Assembly (NCBI GenBank): GCA_035696925.1
Contig: DASSDW010000078.1
Location: forward strand, 1-56,761
DNA length: 56,761 bases
Direction of reading: 5' to 3'
Source: Actinomycetota bacterium
GTDB taxonomy: Bacteria; Actinomycetota; UBA4738; HRBIN12
Positions 44,952 through 53,750 of this stretch are shown here, piece after piece (within the stretch, counting starts at the first letter, position 1; every line of letters starts with the position of its first letter). The position numbers and the translations under genes were made by a program. The notes under the pieces were generated by a model. It had not been told where the DNA came from. It made no database searches and was given only the letters and a program-made list of their open reading frames with translations.

Positions 44952-45998
44952 GTGACCGAGCTCCTCCCCAACGATCGGCTGCTCCGCGCGCTCCGATGCC
45001 GCCCCGTCGACCGAACGCCGGTCTGGTTCATGCGCCAGGCCGGTCGTTCGCTCCCGGAGTACCGGGCTCGGCGTGGGAACGTGGACATCCTCGAGACGTG
45101 CAGGCGTCCGGACGAGGTCGTGGAGCTCACGCTCCAGCCGCTCCGCAGGATGCCGCTCGATGCGGCGATCCTCTTCTCCGACATCATGGTGCCCCTCCAC
45201 GCGATCGGCGCGCCGATCCGGATCGAGGCGGGGCGCGGGCCGGTGATCGAGCCCCCGTTGCGAGACGCGTCGGGGATCGGGCGGCTCCGGCCGCTGGAGC
45301 CCGAGACGGACGAGCCGTACGTGGCCGAGGCCGTGCGGCTCCTCGTGAAGGAGCTCGAGGTCCCGCTGATCGGATTCGCGGGAGCTCCGTTCACGCTCGC
45401 GAGCTATCTGATCGAGGGCGGACCGAGCCGCACCTTCGCCCGAACGAAGGCCCTGCTCTTCTCGGAGCCGGCCGTGTTCGATCGGCTCCTCGCGATGCTC
45501 GCCGACATCGTCGTGGCCCATCTCCGCGCACAGGTGGACGCCGGCGTGCACGCCGTGCAGCTCTTCGACTCGTGGGTCGGCGTGCTCGATCGGGACGACT
45601 ATGGCGGCATGGTGGTGCCGCACACGACCAGGGTGTTCGAGGCGATCGCCGGGATGGGCGTCCCGGCGATCCACTTCGGGGTCGGCACGAGCCATCTCCT
45701 CGACCTCATGCGGGACGCGGGTGGTGACGCGATCGGGGTGGACCATCGCCTGCTGCTGGACGACGCTTGGGCGGCGATCGGGCACGACCGAGCGATCCAG
45801 GGGAACCTCGATCCCGCTGTCCTGCTCGGGCACTGGGACGCGGTGGAGCGGAAGGCCGAGGACGTGTTGGCGCGCGCGGAGCTCCGCGACGGGCACGTGT
45901 TCAACCTCGGGCACGGGGTGCTGCCCAACACCCCCGTCGAGCACCTGCAACGGCTCGTCGATCTCGTTCACGCCGAGACCGAGAGAACGGCGCCGTGA
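44952..45998 (+). CDS. hemE: Uroporphyrinogen decarboxylase
   Basis: GTG at 44952, then NDRLLRALRCRPVDRTPVWFMRQAGRSLPEY. Confidence 0.9.
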   Translation: MTELLPNDRLLRALRCRPVDRTPVWFMRQAGRSLPEYRARRGNVDILETCRRPDEVVELTLQPLRRMPLDAAILFSDIMVPLHAIGAPIRIEAGRGPVIEPPLRDASGIGRLRPLEPETDEPYVAEAVRLLVKELEVPLIGFAGAPFTLASYLIEGGPSRTFARTKALLFSEPAVFDRLLAMLADIVVAHLRAQVDAGVHAVQLFDSWVGVLDRDDYGGMVVPHTTRVFEAIAGMGVPAIHFGVGTSHLLDLMRDAGGDAIGVDHRLLLDDAWAAIGHDRAIQGNLDPAVLLGHWDAVERKAEDVLARAELRDGHVFNLGHGVLPNTPVEHLQRLVDLVHAETERTAP

Positions 45999-46963
45999 CG
46001 GCCCCGACAGGGGTGCTGGTCATGGCGTACGGGACCGCGAGTGGACCCGTGGACATCGAGCGCTACTACACGGACATCCGTGGGGGTCGGGCGCCGTCGC
46101 CGGAGCATGTGGCCGACCTGCGCGCTCGCTACGAAGCGATCGGCAATGTGTTCCCCTTGTTGGACACCACGCGGGTGCAGGCCGAGGGGCTGGTCGCCCG
46201 TCTGAGCGAGGACGGGGCCCCGTTCCGCGCGTTCCTCGGGATGAAGCACTCGCCACCCTTCATCCCGGACGCCGTGGCGCAGATGCGGGAGGAGGGCGTC
46301 GAGCGGGCCGTCGGCATCGTGATGGCTCCCCACTGGTCGGGGATGTCCGTGGAGACGTACGTCGAGCGGGTGCTCGCGGCCGTGGCCGACCAGGGAGGGG
46401 AACCGGTGTTCTCCTTCGTCCGCGAGTACGGCGCCCACCCCTCGTTCGTGCGGTTCCTGACCGACCGTGTCGCGGATGCCCTCGAGGACGTGCCGCAGGC
46501 CGAGCGATCGGCCACGCAGATCCTGTTCACCGCGCACTCGCTGCCCACCCGTGTCGTCGAGGATGGGTCGCTGCGCTGCAAGACGTGCACCTGCGACGGA
46601 TCGTGCCGCTACCGTGCCGGTCTGCAGGAGACGGCGGACCTCGTCGCCGGAGCGCTCGGACTCGAGAGCTACGGCATCGCGTGGCAGAGCGCCGGCCGGA
46701 CGTCCGACCCGTGGTGGGGCCCGCCGGTGGAGGAGTCGATCCTCGAAGCGGCGGCGATGGGTCATCCCGGGGTGATCGTGTGCTCGGCCGGCTTCGTGGC
46801 CGACCATCTCGAGACCCTGTACGACCTCGACATCGAGGCGAAGGAGATCGCGAAGGGAGCCGGCATCCGATTCGCACGCACCCGGATGCCGAACGACGAC
46901 CCCGCGTTCCTGGAGGTTCTCGCGGACGTCGTGCGAGACCACCTGGTGAAGGCGGCTCCGTGA
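45995..46963 (+). CDS. hemH: Ferrochelatase (coproporphyrin type expected, CpfC)
   Basis: GTG at 45995 overlaps the hemE stop. VLVMAYGT, FTAHSLP, FVADHLETLYDLD. Internal Cys cluster CKTCTCDGSC (46577-46606). Confidence 0.88.
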   Translation: MTAPTGVLVMAYGTASGPVDIERYYTDIRGGRAPSPEHVADLRARYEAIGNVFPLLDTTRVQAEGLVARLSEDGAPFRAFLGMKHSPPFIPDAVAQMREEGVERAVGIVMAPHWSGMSVETYVERVLAAVADQGGEPVFSFVREYGAHPSFVRFLTDRVADALEDVPQAERSATQILFTAHSLPTRVVEDGSLRCKTCTCDGSCRYRAGLQETADLVAGALGLESYGIAWQSAGRTSDPWWGPPVEESILEAAAMGHPGVIVCSAGFVADHLETLYDLDIEAKEIAKGAGIRFARTRMPNDDPAFLEVLADVVRDHLVKAAP

Positions 46964-48327
46964 ACCCCCGGGTCGCCGTCGTCGGCGGCGGCATCGCCGG
47001 GCTCGCCACGGCGTTCCGATTGCAGCGAGCCGGCGTGGAGCCCGTCGTGCTGGAGCGCGCCGGCACGTACGGCGGGCTCATCGCGCCCCCCGTCCCGGTG
47101 GGCGACCTCGACCTGGAGCCCGGCCCCGATTCGCTGGCGGCGAGGAAACCCTGGGGGTCGGCGCTCTGCAGGGACCTCGGGTTGGCGCTCGTCCCCCCGG
47201 GCGCGACGGGAGCGTTCCTGTGGACCGAGGCCGGTCTCGTTCCGTACCTGCGCGGAGCGCCATTCGGGATCCCCGGCGACGTCGGGGACGTCCTGCGGTG
47301 GCCCGGGGTGTCGTCAGGCGGCCGCGTTCGCGCCCTCGCCGATCTCGTCAAGCGGACGCGTCGGCAGGGCGCGGAGGAGACGCTCGGCGAGCTGCTCCGT
47401 CGGCGGCTCGGCGACGAGGCCACCGAGCGAGCGATCGCGCCCCTGCTCGCCGGGCTCCACGCGGGAGACGTCGATCGGCTGTCGGCGCCGGCCACCTTCC
47501 CGGAGCTCGTCGCCTGGGAGGCATCGCAGGGAAGCCTGATCCGCGGTGCCCAGGCCGCCCAGCGCGCCGCGGGTCGCGCCGATCCGGGACCCCTGTTCCT
47601 TCGGCCCCGATCGGGGATGCGAGAACTGGTGGACGCGCTCGCCGCCACGGTGGGCGAGCGACTCCGGACGGGCACCGAGGTGACCGGTGTCACGGGCCGA
47701 ACGGTCGACCTCGCGGACGGCTCCTCGGAGCACGTCGACGCCGTCGTGCTCGCCTGTGGCGCGCCGGCCTCGGTATCCCTGCTCGGGCCGAGTGCGCCCA
47801 CCGGGCTCTCGGCCATCCGTGCCGTCTCCACCGGCGTCGTGTTCCTCGTGTACCCGGGCGGAACCGCAGCCGCCCTGCCCGACGGGACCGGCTTCGTCGT
47901 CCCCCGCGGGGCCGCCCCGATGACCGCGGCCACGTTCGTGTCCCGGAAATGGCCGGACCCCTCGTTCGGGGATCGAGCGGTGGTCCGCTGCTACGTGGGC
48001 GGCGCAGGTGATGAAGACGTCCTCGACGCGCTCGACGAAGACATCGTCGGGGCGTGCGTGCGGCATCTGAGCGCCGCACTCGATCTCCCCGCCCCCGAGG
48101 CAACCCACGTGCATCGATGGTGGGCAGCGATGCCGCAGTACGAGCGTGGGCACGCCGCCCTCGTCGAGGAGATCCGCGAGGGGCTCCCGCCGGGTATCTT
48201 CCTCGTCGGGAGCGCGTTCGACGGCGTGGGTGTGTCCGATCTCGCTCGGGCCGCCGAAGAGACGGCGGATCAGGTGCTCGCGCACGCGGACGCCCCCCGG
48301 CCAGGAACGTGGAAGGAGCCGGCATGA
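46960..48327 (+). CDS. hemY: Coproporphyrinogen/protoporphyrinogen oxidase (HemY/CgoX)
   Basis: GTG at 46960 overlaps the hemH stop. FAD fold RVAVVGGGIAGLATAFRL, and the frame is open to 48327. Confidence 0.85.
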   Translation: MNPRVAVVGGGIAGLATAFRLQRAGVEPVVLERAGTYGGLIAPPVPVGDLDLEPGPDSLAARKPWGSALCRDLGLALVPPGATGAFLWTEAGLVPYLRGAPFGIPGDVGDVLRWPGVSSGGRVRALADLVKRTRRQGAEETLGELLRRRLGDEATERAIAPLLAGLHAGDVDRLSAPATFPELVAWEASQGSLIRGAQAAQRAAGRADPGPLFLRPRSGMRELVDALAATVGERLRTGTEVTGVTGRTVDLADGSSEHVDAVVLACGAPASVSLLGPSAPTGLSAIRAVSTGVVFLVYPGGTAAALPDGTGFVVPRGAAPMTAATFVSRKWPDPSFGDRAVVRCYVGGAGDEDVLDALDEDIVGACVRHLSAALDLPAPEATHVHRWWAAMPQYERGHAALVEEIREGLPPGIFLVGSAFDGVGVSDLARAAEETADQVLAHADAPRPGTWKEPA

Positions 48328-49001
48328 CCGAGACGATCTACGCGCTGTACCCCGTGTTCGCCGCGAGCCAGGAGCTCCGCGCGGAGCTCTTCGAGGACGA
48401 GGCGCTCCGGAACGCCGGTGACGAGATCGAGACCCTCTTCAAGGACTGGGCGGGCCGGGTGGACGTGCGCGGCTCGTACTCGACCGTCGGGTTCCGCGCC
48501 GATGCCGATCTCGTCCTGTGGCTGACCGCCGCGGGCGCCGAGGATCTCCAACGGTTCCTGGTCGAGTTCCGGAGGACCCGGGCGGGCGATCTCCTCGACC
48601 CGGTCGTCTCCCTGATGGGTCTCGTCAAGCCCGCCGAGTTCACGCCGGACCACCAGCCGGCGTTCGTTCGGGGAGAGGCGCCACGCACGTACCTCTGCGT
48701 CTACCCGTTCGTCCGTTCGCCCGAGTGGTACCTCCTCCCACCGCAGGAACGAGGGGAGCTCCTCGCCGAGCACGGGGTCCTGGGTCGCGAGTTCCCGCAG
48801 GTCCTCGCGAACACGACGAGCGCGTTCGGGCTCGGCGACTGGGAATGGATCCTCGCGTTCGAGACCGACGAGCTCGACGCGCTCGTCGATTGCATCCGGA
48901 GGCTCCGCGACTCGAAGACCCGCCTCTACACGAAGGTCGAGACGCCGTTCTTCACCGGGATCCGCAAGTCGATCGCCGACGTCCTCGACGATCTCCGCTG
49001 A
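48324..49001 (+). CDS. hemQ: Chlorite-dismutase-family coproheme decarboxylase (HemQ/ChdC)
   Basis: ATG at 48324 overlaps the hemY stop. Size (225 aa) and YLCVYPFVRSPEWYLLP...FGLGDWEWILAFE are typical of HemQ. Confidence 0.85.
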   Translation: MTETIYALYPVFAASQELRAELFEDEALRNAGDEIETLFKDWAGRVDVRGSYSTVGFRADADLVLWLTAAGAEDLQRFLVEFRRTRAGDLLDPVVSLMGLVKPAEFTPDHQPAFVRGEAPRTYLCVYPFVRSPEWYLLPPQERGELLAEHGVLGREFPQVLANTTSAFGLGDWEWILAFETDELDALVDCIRRLRDSKTRLYTKVETPFFTGIRKSIADVLDDLR

Positions 49002-49054
49002 CGTTCTTCCCGCAGTGGGTGGACTGAGGCGCCACCCGTGCCGATAGTGATGGC

Positions 49055-49915
49055 ATGAAGAGATCCCTGCTCGCCCTCACGGCCCTGTCCGTCCTGGTCT
49101 CCTGCGCCGAAGGAGGCACCCCCGTCAGCCCGCGAGACGCGGTGCTGGACGCCATGACCGCGGTGTACGAGGCGGGGAGCTACCACCAGGAGCTTCGCAT
49201 GTCGATGGCGGCCGAGGGGCAGTCGTTCGCGATCACGGCCGAGGCAGACGTCGACAACGCGACCCAGCGGGCCGCCATGACGATGGACCTCGGGATGTTG
49301 GGCGGCGAGATGGAGATGGTCATGGACGACGGCGTGATCTACATGCGCTCGCCGGCCTTCGAGGGCGCGCCCACCCCCTGGGTCAGCCTCGACCCGTCGA
49401 AGATGGATCCTGCCGTCGCCGGGCAGTTCGGCGGCTTCGGGGCGGGGACGACGGACCCATCGGCCTACGCGGGTCTGTTCGCGGGGGTCTTCGACGTGAA
49501 GGCCGCCGGCGAAGCGGACATCGACGGCATCGCCACCACGCGGTACACAGGGACGATCGACCTCCAGAAGGTGCTCGAGGGCTTCGCCGAGATCGTGGGC
49601 GAGGATGCCGACGCGGAGACGACGGAGCAGCTCGAAGCCGCGGTCGAGCAGTTCGAGGCGCTGGGCATCGACGGCAAGATCCCGTTCCAGATCTGGATCG
49701 ACGAGGAAGGCCTGCCGCGTCGCCAGCGGATCACGATGGACTTCGGAGATCTCGTACCGGGGACGGGGGACGCGCAGCTGGAGATGACGGTCGACTACTC
49801 CGCGTTCGGCGAGCCGGTGGAGGTGGAACTTCCGAAAGCGTCGGAGGTCACCGACGTCACGAAGATGATGTCCGATGCGGGGGCGGCCGGCGAGAAGTCA
49901 GGCGTCTACGGCTAG
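49055..49915 (+). CDS. Putative lipoprotein
   Basis: Signal peptide with a lipobox, MKRSLLALTALSVLVSC. Acidic mature protein. The family is not recognised with confidence. Confidence 0.65.
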   Translation: MKRSLLALTALSVLVSCAEGGTPVSPRDAVLDAMTAVYEAGSYHQELRMSMAAEGQSFAITAEADVDNATQRAAMTMDLGMLGGEMEMVMDDGVIYMRSPAFEGAPTPWVSLDPSKMDPAVAGQFGGFGAGTTDPSAYAGLFAGVFDVKAAGEADIDGIATTRYTGTIDLQKVLEGFAEIVGEDADAETTEQLEAAVEQFEALGIDGKIPFQIWIDEEGLPRRQRITMDFGDLVPGTGDAQLEMTVDYSAFGEPVEVELPKASEVTDVTKMMSDAGAAGEKSGVYG

Positions 49916-50551
49916 GAGCGCCCGCAGGTCCCTGATCACCCGATGTCCGTTCTCGTCGGGTGTGGCGTCGCCCGTTCGGTCGATCAGATAGGCCTGGATC
50001 CCGATCGAAGCGGCGCCGTCGCAGTACTCCTGCTGGTCGTCCACGAAGACGGCGCGATCCGGCTCGACGTCCACTCGCCGCAACGCCTCGCGGTAGATCG
50101 CGGGGTCGGGCTTGCGGAGCCCGACCTCGAACGACAGGATGACCTCGTCGAAGGCATCGACGAGGCCGAGCCGGTCGACGATCCCGCGCGTCGAATGCGA
50201 GCAGTTGCTGACGAGCGCCGTCCTGACGCCCCGCTGCCGGAGCTCGTAGACGACCGGCAGCGAGTCCTCCCAGAGCTCGACGCCGGTTTCCGAGAACCGC
50301 CGCTCCATCGCGACGAGCGAGTCGATCAGCTCGGGCGTCGGTGCGAACCCGGCCGCCTCGACGATCGCGGCCATGTCGCCCTCCGGCCCGTCGAAGGCGC
50401 CGATGCTCCGTTCCGCCCTGGTGAGGGCGTAGGCACGGTAGAGCGCCGCGACGTCGACGCCCAGCTCGCCGGAGATCCGATCGGACAGCTCGCGCCAGCG
50501 CGTCCGCGCGACGGTGTCGTAGAGATCGAGCAGCGCGGCATCCACGACCAA
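49898..50551 (-). CDS. HAD-superfamily hydrolase (subfamily IA-like)
   Basis: C-terminal part of ORF 49898..51631. Motif I LLDLYDTV, then ALVSNCS, and FVDDQ at motif IV. The start (TTG 50551 or GTG 50545) must lie below the helicase stop at 50569. Confidence 0.7.
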   Translation of the reverse strand: MVVDAALLDLYDTVARTRWRELSDRISGELGVDVAALYRAYALTRAERSIGAFDGPEGDMAAIVEAAGFAPTPELIDSLVAMERRFSETGVELWEDSLPVVYELRQRGVRTALVSNCSHSTRGIVDRLGLVDAFDEVILSFEVGLRKPDPAIYREALRRVDVEPDRAVFVDDQQEYCDGAASIGIQAYLIDRTGDATPDENGHRVIRDLRALLAVDA

Positions 50552-50568
50552 AAGGATAGAGGTCGAGC

Positions 50569-52605
50569 TCAGTCGCTCCAGAGGCCGGCGAGGAACGCGT
50601 CCACGTCGGCTGCCGCGGTCACCGGCGCGGGGACGTCGGCGACCGACTCGACCTGCGGACCGACGACCTCGAAGTGGAGGAGGACCTCGTCCGGCAGGAA
50701 CCGCGATCGCTGGGAAAAGGAATGGGGATCCTCGAGGCCCCGCGGCCTGCGGTAGTACCGCTGCGGGTAGGTGACGTGGAGCGCGTCGCGCGCGCGCGTG
50801 AGCGCTACGTAGAGGAGGCGTCGCTCTTCCTCGATCTCGTCGTCGTCCCCCGTCGACATGTCGGACGGGATCATGCCGTCGGCCACGTGGATCACGTGCA
50901 CCACGTCCCACTCGAGGCCCTTCGCCGAGTGGATCGTCGAGAGGACGAGGTAGTCCTCGTCGAGGTGCGGCGGGCCGGCGAGGTCGCCGGTGGACGAGGG
51001 CGGATCGAGCGTCAGGTCGGCGAGGAACTGCCCGCGGGAAGCAGATTCCGACGCCAGGAGCTCGAGCTGTTCGAGGTCGCGGGTGCGTGCGGCGGCCGCG
51101 TCGTACTTCCGGGCGATCACCGGCTCGAGGAACGTCCGGAGCCGGCCGATCTGGGCAGCCGGCGGGAGGGTCTCCGCCTCCAGACAGTCGCCGAGGACGC
51201 TGCGAAGGTCGCGGATCCCCTGCGCCGCGCCCTTCGGGACCGCGAGCGGCTCCGCCAGGAAACGTGCGAGGGGCGTCGCGGCGTCGGCATCGTCCGTCCG
51301 ACGCACCTCGAGATCGTCCATCAGTCGGCGAGCCGACGCGGGGCCCATCCCCTCGAGGAGCTGGAGGACCCGGAACCAGCTCACCTCGTCGAAGGGGTTC
51401 TCGAGGACGCGGAGGCACGCGAGTGTGTCCTTGACGTGCGCCGCCTCCATGAACTTCAGGCCGCCGTACTTCACGAACGGGATATTCCGGCGGGCAAGCT
51501 CGACCTCGAGGTGGTCCGAGTGATGGGCGGCGCGGAAAAGCACCGCCTGCGCCTTCAAGGGGAGGCCCTCTTCCCGATGCCCGAGGACGGCCCGGCACAC
51601 GGCGTCGCTCTGCTCGGCTTCGTCGAGACACGCACGGAGCACGGGGCGCAACTCGCTCTCGCGCGAGGACCAGAGCGTCTTCTCGTGTCGCTGCGGGCTG
51701 AGGGCGATCACCGCGTTGGACGCCGCGAGGATCGGGGGGGTCGACCGGTAGTTCCGCTCGAGCTTGATCACCGTCGTGCCGGGGAAGCGCTCGGGGAACT
51801 CCAGGATGTTCTTCACGGTGGCGGCGCGGAACCCGTAGATCGCCTGGGCGTCGTCTCCCACGACCGTGACGTTCCGCGGGCCCTCAGAGGGGCGCATGCC
51901 CTCGAGGATGTCGGCCTGGAGCGCGTTCGTGTCCTGGTACTCGTCGACGAGGACGTGGTCGAACATCGCGGCGAGCTGCGCCCCGGTGGCCGGCGAGGTC
52001 GCGAGGGCCTTCCAGAACAGCAGGAGGTCGTCGTAGTCGAGGACATGCTGTCGGCGCTTGCGCTCCGTGTAGGCGCGGAAGATGTCGACGATGCCTTCGG
52101 CTTCATCCAGGCACCACGGGTAGTGACCTCTCAGGACGTCGACGAGCCGCTCGCCGGCGTTCACGGTCCGCGAGTAGATCGCCGCCAGCGTGTCCTTGCG
52201 CGGGAATCGCCGTTCGCGGGACGAATAGCCGAGCTCGTCGCGGAGGAGGTTCATCACGTCGGCGCCGTCCGCCTGGTCGAGGACGGTGAAGTCCGGCGTG
52301 AGACCGAGCGCCCGGCCGTGCAGGCGGAGGAGCCGGTTGCCCACCGCGTGGAACGTGCCGCCCCACACACGGCCGGCGTCGTCCTTCGCGGTGAGCCGCT
52401 CGGCGCGCGACAGCATCTCTCTCGCGCCGCGACGGCTGAACGTGAGGAGGAGGATCCGCTCGGGCCCCGTCCCTCGATCGATCAGAGAAGCTACTCGCGC
52501 AGCGAGCGTCATCGTCTTGCCGCTGCCTGCTCCGGCCACGACCAGGAGCGGCCCCTCGCCGTGACGGACGGCGGTTTCCTGCTCCGGATTCAGCTCCTCG
52601 AACAC
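50569..52605 (-). CDS. UvrD/Rep/PcrA-family ATP-dependent DNA helicase
   Basis: LNPEQETAV, Walker A AGAGSGKT, VDEYQDTN, VGDDAQAIYGFRAA, IHSAKGLEWD, LYVALTRAR. GTG start at 52605. Confidence 0.88.
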   Translation of the reverse strand: MFEELNPEQETAVRHGEGPLLVVAGAGSGKTMTLAARVASLIDRGTGPERILLLTFSRRGAREMLSRAERLTAKDDAGRVWGGTFHAVGNRLLRLHGRALGLTPDFTVLDQADGADVMNLLRDELGYSSRERRFPRKDTLAAIYSRTVNAGERLVDVLRGHYPWCLDEAEGIVDIFRAYTERKRRQHVLDYDDLLLFWKALATSPATGAQLAAMFDHVLVDEYQDTNALQADILEGMRPSEGPRNVTVVGDDAQAIYGFRAATVKNILEFPERFPGTTVIKLERNYRSTPPILAASNAVIALSPQRHEKTLWSSRESELRPVLRACLDEAEQSDAVCRAVLGHREEGLPLKAQAVLFRAAHHSDHLEVELARRNIPFVKYGGLKFMEAAHVKDTLACLRVLENPFDEVSWFRVLQLLEGMGPASARRLMDDLEVRRTDDADAATPLARFLAEPLAVPKGAAQGIRDLRSVLGDCLEAETLPPAAQIGRLRTFLEPVIARKYDAAAARTRDLEQLELLASESASRGQFLADLTLDPPSSTGDLAGPPHLDEDYLVLSTIHSAKGLEWDVVHVIHVADGMIPSDMSTGDDDEIEEERRLLYVALTRARDALHVTYPQRYYRRPRGLEDPHSFSQRSRFLPDEVLLHFEVVGPQVESVADVPAPVTAAADVDAFLAGLWSD

Positions 52606-52651
52606 GCGTTCGAAGGATAGTGCGGAGGAGGGACCGAATCGAGGACCCGCG

Positions 52652-53023
52652 CTAGCGGGCCTTGGTGGGGTCGCCCTTCTCCTCGTTGAGCGTGACGGCT
52701 TCCTTGACCCAGGCGGTGAACCTCGTCGCGTCGACGTCCCCGGGCCCTCGGATCTTCACGTGACGCATCCGGTCACCGGTCCCCTCGAGGCGGCCCTCGG
52801 TGTCCGTGAGGTCGGCACCTCGCCAGAACCCGAAGTTGACGGCCGAGGTGAACGCCTTGACATAGGCGAAGGGCCCGTCCTGCTCGTAGACGGGCTGCGC
52901 CCACTTGATCGAGCCGGTCGCCTCCGGGGCCGCGCGCCGGATCAGGGCGTCGAGCTCGCCGACGACCTCACCGCGCCAGTCGCCGAGGACCTTCGCGTAC
53001 TCGTCGATCGTGGCGGCCGCCAC
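52652..53023 (-). CDS. DUF1801 (YdhG-like) domain protein
   Basis: IDEYAKVL...IKWAQPVYE...FAYVKAFTSAVNFGFW pattern. I prefer GTG at 53023, preceded by GGAGGAGGGAG; ATG at 53083 is an alternative. Confidence 0.65.
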   Translation of the reverse strand: MAAATIDEYAKVLGDWRGEVVGELDALIRRAAPEATGSIKWAQPVYEQDGPFAYVKAFTSAVNFGFWRGADLTDTEGRLEGTGDRMRHVKIRGPGDVDATRFTAWVKEAVTLNEEKGDPTKAR

Positions 53024-53081
53024 GGCTCCCTCCTCCGGCTCCCGGTTCACGCGGATGGTACGACGTGGGAGGATGCCGCCC

Positions 53082-53750
53082 ATGTCGGACCCCGAGATCC
53101 GGATCGAGGAGAACGGCCCGTACGAGGTCAAAGGCCCGCTGCCGATCGCGCGGACGAGGACGGTCAAGACCGAGTTCGGTGAACCGGTCGACTACGCGCC
53201 CTTCGAGCCCCTGGAAGCGGACGAGACCTACCGCCTGTGTCGCTGTGGCAAGAGCGGGAACAAGCCGTTCTGCGACGACAGCCACCTCGAGGAACCCCGC
53301 GTCGACGTCACGGAGCGCGCGGATCATGGCCCGCGCGACGACCGGACCGACGTGTTCCAAGCCCAGGACGGGGCGATCATCAGCGACGACCTGTCGATCT
53401 GCACGAAGGCGGGCTACTGCAAGGACCGGTTCACGGGGGTCTGGCAGATGCTCGGCGACCCGGATCCCGCCGTCCGCGAACGGATGGGCCGCATGGTCCA
53501 GCTCTGTCCCTCGGGACGCCTGGCGTGGGCGGACTCGGTGGACTCGCCGGACCACGAGCCCGAGTACGAACCCGAGATCGGTGTGTTCCGGAACGGGCCG
53601 TTGTTCGTGCGCGGCGGGGTGCGGGTCGTCGGAGCCGACGGCGAGCCCTACGAGGTCCGCAACCGCCAGACCCTCTGCCGGTGCGGGTACTCCCAGAACA
53701 AGCCGTTCTGCGACGGCTCGCACAGACTCGTCGGCTTCCGCGACGGCTAG
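53082..53750 (+). CDS. CDGSH-type iron-sulfur protein with two CDGSH motifs
   Basis: ATG at 53082. CRCGKSGNKPFCDDSH and CRCGYSQNKPFCDGSH, plus a central Cys-containing segment (SICTKAGYCKD...LCPSG). Confidence 0.8.
   Translation: MSDPEIRIEENGPYEVKGPLPIARTRTVKTEFGEPVDYAPFEPLEADETYRLCRCGKSGNKPFCDDSHLEEPRVDVTERADHGPRDDRTDVFQAQDGAIISDDLSICTKAGYCKDRFTGVWQMLGDPDPAVRERMGRMVQLCPSGRLAWADSVDSPDHEPEYEPEIGVFRNGPLFVRGGVRVVGADGEPYEVRNRQTLCRCGYSQNKPFCDGSHRLVGFRDG

Noticed and set aside
43322-45394. 690-aa minus-strand ORF; the same applies to 23962..25896 +, 17193..18599 -, 13899..14999 + and 50674..52620 +
   Set aside because: Each is antisense to a gene with clear catalytic motifs (histidine kinase, ThyX-like, aguA, amine oxidase, helicase). 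None has an SD or a recognisable domain.
53081-53084. Divergent DUF1801 and CDGSH genes sharing their start codons in the palindrome CATG
   Set aside because: This is possible only if DUF1801 starts at ATG 53083. The downstream GTG at 53023 has a much better SD (GGAGGAGGGAG) and gives the usual DUF1801 length, so I consider the shared start unlikely.
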